Program-made: the position numbers and the translations under genes | Shown: piece after piece, positions 19,456-30,600 of the stretch | How positions within the stretch are numbered: position 1 is the stretch's first letter | Layout of the letters: the number at the start of each line of letters is the position of its first letter | Source of the DNA: Prevotella sp. | GTDB taxonomy: Bacteria; Bacteroidota; Bacteroidia; Bacteroidales; Dysgonomonadaceae | Direction: 5' to 3' | DNA: 64,000 bases | Assembly (NCBI GenBank): GCA_031285625.1 | Contig: JAITVV010000006.1 | Location: 36,963 to 100,962 of the forward strand | Notes under the pieces: model-generated | The model's database searches: none | The model's input: only the letters and a program-made list of their open reading frames with translations | What the model was told of the DNA's origin: nothing

Positions 19456-21003
19456 ATGAAAAAAATAATATATATACTCGCAGCATTTTTCTTTTTTTCC
19501 TGTACCGACCTGGATGAGGATGTATATGATAAACTTCCCAAAGAGGACTTTGGCTATACTATCGAACAGTTAAATGCTATTGTAGGACCTGCATATAACT
19601 CTTTGAAGGGAGTGATGTCTTATGATCTATCTTGGGGTATGTCCAGTATTACTGCTGATGCTATGATAGCACCTACCCGACTGGGAGGAGACTGGTGGGA
19701 CGGAGGTATGTACATGGAGCAGACAATGCACACATGGGATGCAAGGTCGTATACTGTGGAAAATCTTTGGAACCGGACTATGGAGGGTTTAACCACCGTA
19801 AACTCTATTTATACTATTGTAGATGAGAGCGAACTGCTGACACCAGAATTAAAAGCCAGGTATTTGGGAGAACTTCGCGGACTTCGGGCATTCTGGTATT
19901 ACCAGTTGATCGACTACTTTGGAAATGTGCCTTTAGTTACCGACTATAAGGATACAAATTTACCATCGATAACAAAAAGGGCAGAAGTCTATAAATTTAT
20001 TGTGGATGAACTGAATGAAATCTTACCGGCACTAAGAGCAGATGTGTCTGACGAGAGTTATGGAAAGTTTACAAAAGGTGCTGCCCATATGTTATTAGCG
20101 AAAATGTACTTAAATGCAGAAGAATGGATTGGTACACCGAACTGGCAAGGCGTAATTGACCAATGTGATGAAATAATGAAGCTCGATTACGTTATAGAGC
20201 CTGAATGGAAAGTAAACTTTGCCGTACATAATGAGGTATCCCGCGAAATAATACTTCCTATATGTTTCAATGCTACCGATGGAGGTAACTCTATACACTT
20301 GTTTACGCTCCATTATCTCGATCCGGTTACTCTGGGGTTTAAAGGCGGTATGTGGAACGGGATATGCGCTGTGCCTGATTTTGTAAAAGCATTTGATGAT
20401 GCCGATAAGCGTAAAGAAGCAACTTTTCTTATCGGACCAATGATTGATCCGGCTACCGGCCTGGTACAAATTACTACAGCCAATCGTCCTTTGATACACA
20501 CAGTTGACCTGAATATCATACCTGGAACTGAAAAGCAAGATGCTGCAGGAAACCTGACAGGTTGGGGTGAAGTGCATCAGGAAGATGGTGCCCGTATCAA
20601 GAAATGGGAATTTGAGAAAGGTATGGCTAATACCGATATGGAGAATGACGTAGCCATATTCAGACTGGCAGATGTCTATCTGATGAAAGCTGAGGCTCTT
20701 ACCCGTTTAGCACGGAGTGGAGAAGGTCTTTCTTTAGTTAACGAAATTCGTCAGAGAGCATTTGGTGGTTTCGATCATAATTTGACGGCTCTTACATTAA
20801 ATGATATTTATAATGAACGCCGTTTTGAATTGGCTTATGAATTTACTGAACGCCAGGATATGATCAGGTTCGGAACATACCTTAATCCTAAATTTATGAA
20901 ACCTAAACCTACAGATAGTTATCGTAAACTGATGCCTATACCGTTTACTGCATGGCAAAAAAATAACAATCTGACCCAGAATCAGGGATATCCGGGTTTC
21001 TAA
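19456..21003 (+). CDS. SusD/RagB family lipoprotein
   Basis: Lipobox FFSC; LRAFWYY, FRLADVYLMKAEA, ERRFELAYE, QNQGY. Confidence 0.95.
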   Translation: MKKIIYILAAFFFFSCTDLDEDVYDKLPKEDFGYTIEQLNAIVGPAYNSLKGVMSYDLSWGMSSITADAMIAPTRLGGDWWDGGMYMEQTMHTWDARSYTVENLWNRTMEGLTTVNSIYTIVDESELLTPELKARYLGELRGLRAFWYYQLIDYFGNVPLVTDYKDTNLPSITKRAEVYKFIVDELNEILPALRADVSDESYGKFTKGAAHMLLAKMYLNAEEWIGTPNWQGVIDQCDEIMKLDYVIEPEWKVNFAVHNEVSREIILPICFNATDGGNSIHLFTLHYLDPVTLGFKGGMWNGICAVPDFVKAFDDADKRKEATFLIGPMIDPATGLVQITTANRPLIHTVDLNIIPGTEKQDAAGNLTGWGEVHQEDGARIKKWEFEKGMANTDMENDVAIFRLADVYLMKAEALTRLARSGEGLSLVNEIRQRAFGGFDHNLTALTLNDIYNERRFELAYEFTERQDMIRFGTYLNPKFMKPKPTDSYRKLMPIPFTAWQKNNNLTQNQGYPGF

Positions 21004-21057
21004 AAAGTTATATGACGAATCTGAAAAAATATATTATCAACTTCTAAAGATATTGTT

Positions 21058-22593
21058 ATGAAAGAGAATTCTAATGAAAATGCAAAAAGTATGTCGCGAA
21101 GAAAATTTCTCGGAGTAGCGGCTACCGGAGCAGCTGCATTTACGATCCTTCCGAGTTTTACAGTTTCTGGGTTGGGACATGTGGCTCCAAGTGATAAGCT
21201 GTATATCGCAAAAATCGGTTGTGGAGGAATGGGAGCTGCCGATCTCGACAGTCTGGTGAATACACCGAGAAAAAATGCTGTTATAGCTTACTTATGCGAT
21301 GTGGATATGCGGATGGCTGCAGATGCTAAGAAGAAATTCCCTAAAGCTCCTTTCTATGAAGATTTCCGCGAATTATACGATAAGGAGTATAAGAAATTTG
21401 ATGCGGTATGTATATCTACTCCCGATCATAACCACGCTATACAGGCCTTTGGAGCTATGCGTATGGGAAAACATGTATATCTGCAAAAACCACTTTCGCA
21501 CGATATATACGAAGCCCGTATACTGACAGAAGCAGCAAAGAAGTATAACGTGGTAACTCAGATGGGTGATCAGGGTAATTCGTGTGATGGTATGAAAACA
21601 ATGCGTGAGTGGTTCGAAGCCGATCTCATAGGTGATATCACTAAGGTTTATTGCTGGACAAACCGTCCTGTATGGCCTCAGGGAATTCCGTGGCCTGATG
21701 CAAAATCATCTGTTCCTAAAGAGCTCAACTGGGATTTATGGCTGGGAACAGCGCCGTATGTAGATTATATCGAAAATCTTGTTCCTTTCAACTGGCGTGG
21801 TTGGTGGGATTATGGTACAGGAGCACTAGGTGATATGGGGTGCCATATTATAGGACCTCCGTTTAAATTACTAGGACTGGAATATCCGTCTGAAGTATCG
21901 TGCAGCGTAACCAATCAGTATACTGGTATATTTAAGGAAGCATACTACCCTGAAAGTCCGCCTGTAGCATGTTCTATTCGCTTTAAGTTTAAACAACAAA
22001 ACGGAAAGGATCTTGATCTGGTTTGGATGGATGGTGGTATTATGCCTGAACGTTTCGATGAGATCGATCCGGATTCTGATATGACACATACAATGGGTGA
22101 TCTTGATCCTAATGATATCGAGGGTGCTACCGTTTTTGTAGGAACAAAAGGTAAAGTATCATGCGGATGGGGTGGTTCTGATCCTCGTCTATGGGTAAAC
22201 GATGGCAGTAGAAAACCTAAATTCGAAAAAGATGTCAATATTCCGAAGAAGTATAAGCGTATAGAAGGAGGAGCCAATGGGCACTACTGGTCGTGGGTGG
22301 ATGCTTGTATAGCCGGATATGGAAAACAGGAAATAGAATCGCCATTTGAAGGTTATGCCGGACCTCTTACCGAAGCTGTATTGATGGGTAATCTTCTTTT
22401 GAGATGTTACAATATCAGAGAGAAAATCAATGTGAATGATGTTGTATACGGAGAAATGGATGCTTACAAATATCCGGGAAGAAACATCACTTATAAATGG
22501 GATGGTAAAAATATGAGGATTACCAATTTCGATGCGGCTAATCAATTTGTGCGCAGAACATACCGAAATGGTTGGGAAGAATTAAAGCTATAA
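21058..22593 (+). CDS. Tat-exported Gfo/Idh/MocA NAD-dependent oxidoreductase (glycoside 3-dehydrogenase-like)
   Basis: SRRKFLG Tat motif; GCGGMG Rossmann fold, STPDHNH, YLQKPL, WRGWWDYGTGALGDMGCH. Confidence 0.9.
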   Translation: MKENSNENAKSMSRRKFLGVAATGAAAFTILPSFTVSGLGHVAPSDKLYIAKIGCGGMGAADLDSLVNTPRKNAVIAYLCDVDMRMAADAKKKFPKAPFYEDFRELYDKEYKKFDAVCISTPDHNHAIQAFGAMRMGKHVYLQKPLSHDIYEARILTEAAKKYNVVTQMGDQGNSCDGMKTMREWFEADLIGDITKVYCWTNRPVWPQGIPWPDAKSSVPKELNWDLWLGTAPYVDYIENLVPFNWRGWWDYGTGALGDMGCHIIGPPFKLLGLEYPSEVSCSVTNQYTGIFKEAYYPESPPVACSIRFKFKQQNGKDLDLVWMDGGIMPERFDEIDPDSDMTHTMGDLDPNDIEGATVFVGTKGKVSCGWGGSDPRLWVNDGSRKPKFEKDVNIPKKYKRIEGGANGHYWSWVDACIAGYGKQEIESPFEGYAGPLTEAVLMGNLLLRCYNIREKINVNDVVYGEMDAYKYPGRNITYKWDGKNMRITNFDAANQFVRRTYRNGWEELKL

Positions 22594-22625
22594 CAAACAA
22601 TATATTTAACTAAAAAAAGAATAGT

Positions 22626-23423
22626 ATGAAAAAAATGTATCGTAATGTCATTATTGCTCTTGTAGCGGTTTTGGCAATATCCTGTACTCCAAGTGAAAAC
22701 AAACCTCAACAGGGAGCTAAAGAAACTGCATGTGCAGAAGATGCAATTCCTGAAGGCGGAGAATGGATCACAATGTTTGATGGAAAAACCTTGAACGGAT
22801 GGCGTGGCTACTGCCGCAAAGATGTTCCTAAAGGATGGGTTGTAGAAGATGGTGTTATCACCTATAAGGGTAGTGAAAGCACTATTGATCCGGGTGGAGG
22901 CGACCTTATTTATGATAAGCAGTTTAAAAACTTCCGTTTCGAAGTAGAATGGAAAATAGATAAAGCTGGAAACAGTGGTATTTTCTATACAGCACAAGAG
23001 ATAGAGGGTAAGCCTATTTACTATTCCAGCCCTGAATATCAATTGCTTGATAATGAAAATATGCCCGATGCATGGGAAGGTGTGGGCGGTAATCGTCAGG
23101 CCGGATCAGTATATGATATGATACCTCCGGTACCTCAACCTGTAAAACCTTATGGAAACTGGAATACAACGGCTATTGTTGTTTATAACGGACATGCATA
23201 TCATTATATGAATGATGTTCTTATTCTGGATTTTAAATTTGGTACGCCTGTTTGGAAAGCATTAGTTGATAAAAGTAAATTCAGCAAATTCAGCGATAGT
23301 CCTGAAAAATGTCCTGATGCTTACGAGTTTATGCTTGAATGTGGAAAAAATCCTGGTTATATTGGTTTGCAGGATCATGGTTATGGTGTTTGTTTCCGTA
23401 ATATTCGTATTAAAGAGCTATGA
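22626..23423 (+). CDS. DUF1080 (3-keto-disaccharide hydrolase/lyase family) lipoprotein
   Basis: Lipobox AISC; FDGKTLNGW, GNSGIFY, PEYQLLD, GYIGLQDHG..FRNIRIKEL. Confidence 0.9.
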   Translation: MKKMYRNVIIALVAVLAISCTPSENKPQQGAKETACAEDAIPEGGEWITMFDGKTLNGWRGYCRKDVPKGWVVEDGVITYKGSESTIDPGGGDLIYDKQFKNFRFEVEWKIDKAGNSGIFYTAQEIEGKPIYYSSPEYQLLDNENMPDAWEGVGGNRQAGSVYDMIPPVPQPVKPYGNWNTTAIVVYNGHAYHYMNDVLILDFKFGTPVWKALVDKSKFSKFSDSPEKCPDAYEFMLECGKNPGYIGLQDHGYGVCFRNIRIKEL

Positions 23424-24136
23424 TAATAGATATTTGTGATTCATATGAAGAAATGAGTCGCAAGGCTACTGATATTGTTGTAGAAAACCTCCGGCAACAC
23501 AGAGATTTGATGCTCTGTGCTGCCACAGGAGGTACTCCTACCCGGATGTACGAGCTCTTAGCTGATGAATATACAGATAATCCCGATTTATTTTCCGGCT
23601 TGAACGTTATCAAACTGGACGAATGGGGTGGAATACCAATGAATCATGTCGGAACCTGTGAGTCTTATATGCAGGAGTATGTCATTTACCCTTTAACGGT
23701 TTCCAGCAAACGGTATATTTCGTTTCAGAGTGATCCGGATAATCCTAAAGAAGAGTGTTTGAGAGTGCAGTCTTTATTGAATAATAGGGTGATAGATATC
23801 TGTATACTTGGGATTGGAATAAACGGCCATATTGCGTTTAACGAACCTGCCGATTTTCTACATACAGGATGCCATGTGGCAGAACTTTCCGAAAAATCAT
23901 TGCAACATCCTATGGTTTCGGCAGAAGAGGAAAAACCAAAATATGGACTGACACTGGGTATGAGGGATATTCTCAATTCTAGACTTATAATTCTGTTGAT
24001 CAATGGGATAAGAAAGAAAGAGATAACAAAGGCATTATTATCAGAAAAGATAACCACACAGCTACCCGCATCGTTTTTGTGGCTACATCCTAATGTAATA
24101 TGTCTGATAGATAAAGATGCGGTTGATACCGCTTAA
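23420..24136 (+). CDS. Glucosamine/galactosamine-6-phosphate deaminase-isomerase family (NagB/AgaI-like)
   Basis: ATGGTP, KLDEW, LGIGINGHIAFNEP, PASFLWLH. Confidence 0.85.
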   Translation: MIIDICDSYEEMSRKATDIVVENLRQHRDLMLCAATGGTPTRMYELLADEYTDNPDLFSGLNVIKLDEWGGIPMNHVGTCESYMQEYVIYPLTVSSKRYISFQSDPDNPKEECLRVQSLLNNRVIDICILGIGINGHIAFNEPADFLHTGCHVAELSEKSLQHPMVSAEEEKPKYGLTLGMRDILNSRLIILLINGIRKKEITKALLSEKITTQLPASFLWLHPNVICLIDKDAVDTA

Positions 24137-24154
24137 TCGAATACGAATAATACT

Positions 24155-25096
24155 ATGAAGCACGCTGTTGCACTGGATATTGGGGGAACCAGCATCAAAT
24201 ATGCCCTGGTAGCTGAGAATGGGAAGATTGCCTATGAATCTGCTAAACCGGCCAAATCTGCAGATGCTGGATGTACCCTGATAGACCAGTTGAAGACTAT
24301 TATCCGGGAAGTAATAAATTTTGCCTCTTCTGTAAACCTTGATATCTGTGGGATAGGAATCGGAGTTCCGTCTGTTATAGATAATGGGGTTGTCCTTTTT
24401 GCCAACAATTTACCGGAATTGGATAATAAAAACTTAAGAGATATTATCTATGAAGATTTCCGAATGCCTGTTTTTGTTGACAATGATGCTAATATGATGG
24501 GGCTGGGCGAAGTCCGGTTTGGATTTGCCCATAATATTTCTGATGCTGTGTTCCTCACCATAGGCACAGGTATAGGAGGCGCACTGATACTGAACGGAAA
24601 GCTGTACGGAGGATATCATAACCGTGGTACCGAACTCGGGCATATAATAGTCAATTGCAACGGAAACGCTTGTTCTTGTGGAGCCAAAGGCTGTCTTGAA
24701 GCACATGCATCGGTAAATGTATTGATAGAAGAGTATAAAAGCCTTCTCCACAAGGATAAGCTATATAACGACATACTGATTGATGGCAAATATATAATTG
24801 CCCAATATCTGAAAAACGAAAAAAATGCACTGGCTGTAATGGAAAACCATTTTCACTATCTGGCTGTGGGGATAATCAGTTTTATAAATGTATTTGCACC
24901 ACAAAAAATAATTATTGGTGGGGGAATTTCCGAATCAGGAGATTTCTATATAGAAAAAATAAGAAGCCTGGTAGAAACACAGGTAATGAAAGAAACATCT
25001 TGCTATACTACTATTGAACGGGCCTCACTCGGCAACAAAGCGGGATTTTTGGGTGCAGCAGCTTTGGTATTCAGTAATAACCTTAATAAATCATGA
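24155..25096 (+). CDS. ROK-family sugar kinase
   Basis: DIGGT, DNDAN, TIGTGIGG, ELGH, CSCGAKGCLE; no HTH. Confidence 0.92.
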   Translation: MKHAVALDIGGTSIKYALVAENGKIAYESAKPAKSADAGCTLIDQLKTIIREVINFASSVNLDICGIGIGVPSVIDNGVVLFANNLPELDNKNLRDIIYEDFRMPVFVDNDANMMGLGEVRFGFAHNISDAVFLTIGTGIGGALILNGKLYGGYHNRGTELGHIIVNCNGNACSCGAKGCLEAHASVNVLIEEYKSLLHKDKLYNDILIDGKYIIAQYLKNEKNALAVMENHFHYLAVGIISFINVFAPQKIIIGGGISESGDFYIEKIRSLVETQVMKETSCYTTIERASLGNKAGFLGAAALVFSNNLNKS

Positions 25097-26367
25097 AAAA
25101 GAATCATTTTATAGTCATACTGATACTATGTATCTGGTTTGTCATTTCCTTTGTTACCAATATATTAGGGCCTATGTTGCCCATGATAATCAATGACTTC
25201 AAACTAACACTTACACTTGCGGCTTTTCTCCCTTTCTCATTCTTTTTGGCATATGGTATTATGTCTATTCCTTCGGGAATGATGATAGAACGTTATGGAG
25301 GAAAGTTCTCTTTATTGGCTGCTTTCAGCCTTGCTTTTATTGGTGCATCGTTGTTTGTCCTTTTTCCCGGATATAGCGTTGTATTGGTTTCATTATTTAT
25401 TATTGGTATGGGCATGGCAATGCTGCAGGTTATCATTTTACCACTTATGCGGGAAGCTGGAGGAGAGGTCAACTATGCATTTTATGCGGTACTGGCACAG
25501 ATTGTATTTGGCTCAGCTTCATTCCTAAGCCCGTTTGTTCTTACCAAAGTAATGCATCTGTTATCAGAAGATCCTTCTCTGGATTCTGCTCTCATTGGAA
25601 TTCTTCGCAAAGTTGCTCCGGAAGGTTTGTCATGGGGAGCATTCTATTTTATTTTTGCTATTGTATTTGCGCTGATGTTGGTTGTAATATCATGTATCAA
25701 ATTTCCTAAAGTAGTGCTGAAAGATGATGAAAAAACAGGGACATTTCAGAATTATATCGACCTGCTAAAAAAGGAACACGTTATTCTATTCTTCTTGGGT
25801 ATAGTAGCCTATGTAGGCACCGAACAAGGACTTGCTACATGGATGAGCCAGTTCTTAAAAACATATCATCAGGTTGATCCGGCAGGGGCAGGAGCTACTG
25901 CTGTTGCCTGGTTTTGGGGATTAATGTCATTAGGCTGTCTGTTGGGACTGATTATAGTAAAATTGATCGATTCTAAAATAATGTTGCGTATATTCGCTGT
26001 TCTGGCTATTGCAAATCTGGCTATAGCTTTATTTGGGCCAAGAGAGGTATCTGTCATAGCATTTCCTTGTTGTGGATTTTCCATATCTATTATGTTTTCT
26101 GTTATCTTTTCTTTGGCTCTCAATTCTGAAGAAAAACATCACGGAGTATTCTCCGGCATCTTATGTACAGGTATTTTTGGAGGTGCATTAGTGCCGTTTA
26201 TTATTGGTTGGATGGGAGATTACATTGGCTTACGCCTGGCTATGCTGTTCTTGTTTATTACATTAGGATATATCTTAAGCGTTTCATTTTTCGCCAAACC
26301 ATTAGTAAAGAACAGGACAATACGTATATGTGATTGGTTAATGAGTATTACCCAAAGGAGAAATTGA
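25093..26367 (+). CDS. MFS sugar transporter (FucP/GluP-like)
   Basis: About 12 hydrophobic segments; FFLAYGIMSIPSG, YVGTEQG. Confidence 0.9.
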   Translation: MKKNHFIVILILCIWFVISFVTNILGPMLPMIINDFKLTLTLAAFLPFSFFLAYGIMSIPSGMMIERYGGKFSLLAAFSLAFIGASLFVLFPGYSVVLVSLFIIGMGMAMLQVIILPLMREAGGEVNYAFYAVLAQIVFGSASFLSPFVLTKVMHLLSEDPSLDSALIGILRKVAPEGLSWGAFYFIFAIVFALMLVVISCIKFPKVVLKDDEKTGTFQNYIDLLKKEHVILFFLGIVAYVGTEQGLATWMSQFLKTYHQVDPAGAGATAVAWFWGLMSLGCLLGLIIVKLIDSKIMLRIFAVLAIANLAIALFGPREVSVIAFPCCGFSISIMFSVIFSLALNSEEKHHGVFSGILCTGIFGGALVPFIIGWMGDYIGLRLAMLFLFITLGYILSVSFFAKPLVKNRTIRICDWLMSITQRRN

Positions 26368-26425
26368 TTAAAGAAAAATAATTTATCTTATTTTAACATA
26401 TGCGGTTACCTTAAATTATAAAACT

Positions 26426-27481
26426 ATGAAAAACCTGTTATACATATTTTTAATTTCAAATGCTTTACTTATTTCATGTTCAGGATCTCTTACCAAAGTT
26501 TCAGAGGAAGATATCTCAGTGAGTGTGGATGACATAAATCGGCCAAACTTTATTACTCTGAATAATAATGTTGTAAATGATGGTAAATTTGATGATGTAA
26601 AGTGGCAATTACCGTCAGGCGAAATTATTGATTCATTACGTTCATTCACCACATATTTTCCTCAAAAAGGAGATTATAAAGTTCTGATACATTTTACAAA
26701 AGGAAATAAAAAGACTGTTGTTACAAAAAATATAACAATAGAATCGGATGATCCTTATTATTCTAAAGGCGAGGTTCTGGTTTGGAATGATGAGTTTGAT
26801 GGTAATAGTCTGAACGAAAACTGGTGGTTCAATGAAACAGATATTCATGTAAATGATGAGTGGCAGATATATACTCCCGGTAAAAATATCAATATATCGG
26901 ATGGAATATTGACTATCACAGCTAAAAAGGAAGGTGAAGGACAGAAGTATGGGGATTATACTTCGGGCCGTCTTAACACTGAGGGGAAAAAAGAATTTCT
27001 GTATGGACGCATGGAAATCAGAGCAAAGTTGCCGGACGGAAGGGGAACATGGCCTGCCATATGGATGCTAGGTAAAGAACTGAGAACAATTGACTGGCCT
27101 GCATGTGGTGAAATAGATATTATGGAACATGTAGGTTATGATCCGAAAGTTATTAATTCGGCACTGCACACTACATCCAGTTGGGGAGCAACTCTCAACT
27201 CGGGGAAGACTACTATAGATACTTACGATTCTGATTTTCATATCTATGGGCTAAACTGGACAGCAGATAAACTGGACTTTTATGTAGATTCTCCAGATAA
27301 TATATTCTATACATATAATCCTATAATAAAAAATAAGGATACATGGCCTTTTGATCAACCATTCTTCTTTATTCTCAACTTTGCAGTCGGTGGCGGTTGG
27401 GGTGGAAAAGAAGGTGTAGATGATACAATATTTCCGCGTAATATGTATGTAGATTATGTGCGGGTATTTCAACCAAAATGA
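26426..27481 (+). CDS. GH16 laminarinase-like lipoprotein with PKD-like N-domain
   Basis: Lipobox LISC; VWNDEFDG, YTSGRL, GTWPAIWM, catalytic EIDIME, VDYVRV. Confidence 0.9.
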   Translation: MKNLLYIFLISNALLISCSGSLTKVSEEDISVSVDDINRPNFITLNNNVVNDGKFDDVKWQLPSGEIIDSLRSFTTYFPQKGDYKVLIHFTKGNKKTVVTKNITIESDDPYYSKGEVLVWNDEFDGNSLNENWWFNETDIHVNDEWQIYTPGKNINISDGILTITAKKEGEGQKYGDYTSGRLNTEGKKEFLYGRMEIRAKLPDGRGTWPAIWMLGKELRTIDWPACGEIDIMEHVGYDPKVINSALHTTSSWGATLNSGKTTIDTYDSDFHIYGLNWTADKLDFYVDSPDNIFYTYNPIIKNKDTWPFDQPFFFILNFAVGGGWGGKEGVDDTIFPRNMYVDYVRVFQPK

Positions 27482-27527
27482 TAACTGTTAAATTTTAAAA
27501 GTCGCTTCATAACTATATTAATTATTG

Positions 27528-27594
27528 GCAATAAAAATCCATTATATATGCATTTTTTATCCATTTAGTATTTGCCTTAATTTCAGTATGTTTA
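27528..27594 (+). promoter_or_regulatory. Tandem direct-repeat operator + -7 box upstream of susC3 (putative AraC site)
   Basis: GCAATAAAAATCCATT (27528-43) and GCATTTTTTATCCATT (27550-65), 22-bp period; TATGTTTA at 27587-94. Confidence 0.7.
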
Positions 27595-27625
27595 CTATTG
27601 TTAAACTATTATAAATCTAACTAGT

Positions 27626-30600
27626 ATGAAAATTTTCTTTTTTAAGAGGATCGCTATATTCATAGCGGTGCTAGCTATCTCTGTTGGAATTTTTTCGCAA
27701 GTAAATCCGGGCCAGGTATCTGGACTTGTAACTGATGGTGAAGAAAATCCACTAATAGGAGTAAGTATAAAGGTGAAGGGCACAAAGACCGGTACAGTAT
27801 CGGATTTTGATGGCAGGTATCAGATCAATATTTCCAGCGAAGCGGATGTGTTGATTTTTTCTTATGTTGGGTTTGCTCCCAAAGAAATAACGGTTGGTAA
27901 TAACAAAACTTTGAATGTAGTATTACAAGATGAACACAATGCGCTTGATGAGGTTGTGGTTACAGCTTTGGGGATCAAGCGTGAAAAAAAGGCTTTAGGT
28001 TATGCTGTACAAGATATCAAGGGAGACGTACTTACCGAAGTACGTGATCCTAATATGTTGAATTCTCTGGCCGGACAGGTAGCTGGGGTACAGATATCTA
28101 ATTCAGCGTCGGGGGGGCTCGGTGGCTCTCCTAAAATATCTATTCGTGGAGATATATCTTTTACGAATAGTGCTCCTCTTTTTGTAATAGATGGAGTACC
28201 ACTAAATAATAACTCCAGTAACTATAATACCGATGGGATGGATTTTGGTAGTGGTGCTGCTGATATTAATCCCGATGATGTGGAGTCTATGAGTGTTCTT
28301 AAAGGACCTACAGCTGCTGCATTATATGGTAGCCGTGCAGCAAATGGAGCTGTCGTGATTACAACAAAAAGCGGGAAAAAGAATAAAGGCTTAGGTATTA
28401 CTTATAATTCCAACCTGGTTATTCAACCACGATTATTAAGAACTCCAAATTATCAGTATAAATATGGTGCAGGTGAGAACTTTGAATATTCATATGTTGA
28501 TGGTAACGGAGGAGGAATAAATGATGGAGCTGGATATTGCTGGGGACCTAAATTAAATCAACTTGATCCAAGTACTGCAAGTGGTTTTGTAGAAATACCC
28601 CAATTTGCCAGTCCGATAGATCCGGTAACAGGAGCGCGTATAGCTATTCCGTGGGTAGCACATAAGAATTTTCTGGAAGATTTTTTTGAAACGGGAACCG
28701 TATTCACTAATAATGTATCAATTAGTAATGCCAACGAAAATGGAAGTTTCCGCCTTTCGTATACAAATCTCGATCAAAAAGGCATAATGCCTAATACCGA
28801 TCTTCAACGTAATACTGTTTCTCTTAGTGCAGGGTATAATCTTGCCAAATTCCTACGTGTAAATGCGAACGTTAATTATGTACAAAATAAGAGTGATAAT
28901 ATGCCTCAGTTGAATTATTGGGACAAGCCTATAATGTACACATTTATGTGGTGGGGAATGAATGAGGATGTAAAAGCTCTGAGAAATTATTGGACTCCGG
29001 GAAAAGAAGGGTTGGAACAGACCAATTATAACAATTCGTGGATGGATAATCCTTACTTTACATTGTATGAGAATACCCAATCACAACTAAAGAACCATCT
29101 ATATGGTAATGTGTCATTTACGCTAGATATAATAGATGGGCTTTCGTTGATGGGAAGAACGGGAACAGACTGGTATGATGATAATATACGTATAAGACGT
29201 GCCTATAGTTCGAGAAATTACCCCAATGGTATGTATGCTGTGAATAATTATATATTCCAGGAGCGAAATAGTGATTTCCTTCTCACATGGGATAAACCAA
29301 ATGAATCGAACTTTCAGTATAAAATATCATTCGGAGGTAATATGATGCGTCGCTCGATACGTAAAACCGCAGCAAAAGCCCTTGAACTGGAAATCCCAGG
29401 TATATATAATCTGGAAAATGCCAGATCTACACCTACATTAAATGAAGAAAATCAGGAAAAAGCCATTAACAGTTTGTATGGTATGGGACAACTGGTTTAC
29501 AAGAACATGCTATATCTGGATGTTACTGCCCGAAACGACTGGTCGAGTACATTGCCTCTCAACAATAACTCTTATTTCTACCCGTCTGTTTCTTTGAGTG
29601 GCTTGATTTCAGAGATGGTAACTTTACCTAAAGCAGTATCTTTTCTCAAGTTGAGAGGATCATGGGCACAGGTAGGTAATGATACAGACCCATACAAATT
29701 AGTGAACGTTTATCAGTTTGGTGGAAAATGGGGAAGTACAAGTTCCGCTTATGAGGGTGGTGGACTATTGAATTCATTGCTGAAACCTGAGAAGATAAAC
29801 AGTATTGAGTTTGGTGCGGACTTGCGCTTTTTGGGAGACCGGATAGGTCTTGATGTAGCGTATTATAATACAATTGCTACCAATCAGATATTGAATATGT
29901 CCATTGCTCCTAGCTCGGGTTATGATTCTAGAATGATAAATGCCGGAAAAATAGAGAGTCGTGGTTTTGAAGTTGTTCTGAATGCTACCCCTCTTCGTTT
30001 CAAAGATTTTGAATGGAATATGACACTCAACTGGTCTACAAATCGTGCGTATGTTCGCGAATTGGCAGATGGATTGGATACTTATGATATGGGATATAAT
30101 GCTCAGGCCAGAGTAGGTGGACGTATGGGTGACCTTTATGGCTGGGGCTTTAAGCATGCACCTGATGGACAGATGATTTATGGTGAAGATGGCTTACCTG
30201 TATGGGAAGATGAAATCAAGTGTTATGGTAATTATAATCCGGACTGGATGGCAGGATTGAAAAATTCATTTACATTCAAAAATTTCAGATTGTCGGCATT
30301 ACTCGATTACAGAAAAGGTGGACGCATTTTTTCAGGCACTTTGTCCAAAGGTATGGAAGGTGGTGTACTGGCAGAATCCGCTATTGGTAATCAACGAGAA
30401 GAAGGTCTCATCGGTGATGGCGTAATCGCTACGTACGATGCAGAAGGAAATGTTACCGGATACAGAAAAAATGATGTAAGGGTCAGTCTTCGCGACTGGA
30501 TAGGAAGATATCATAGTAGAGATTCATTCGAAACGAATAGTTATGATGCTTCTTATCTCAAACTGCGGGAAATAGGGCTTTCATATACTTTTCCTCAGAT

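Noticed and set aside
22542-23042. 166-aa antisense ORF and the many other 60-155 aa ORFs overlapping long genes
   Set aside because: Shadow ORFs opposite or within well-supported genes, with no recognisable motifs
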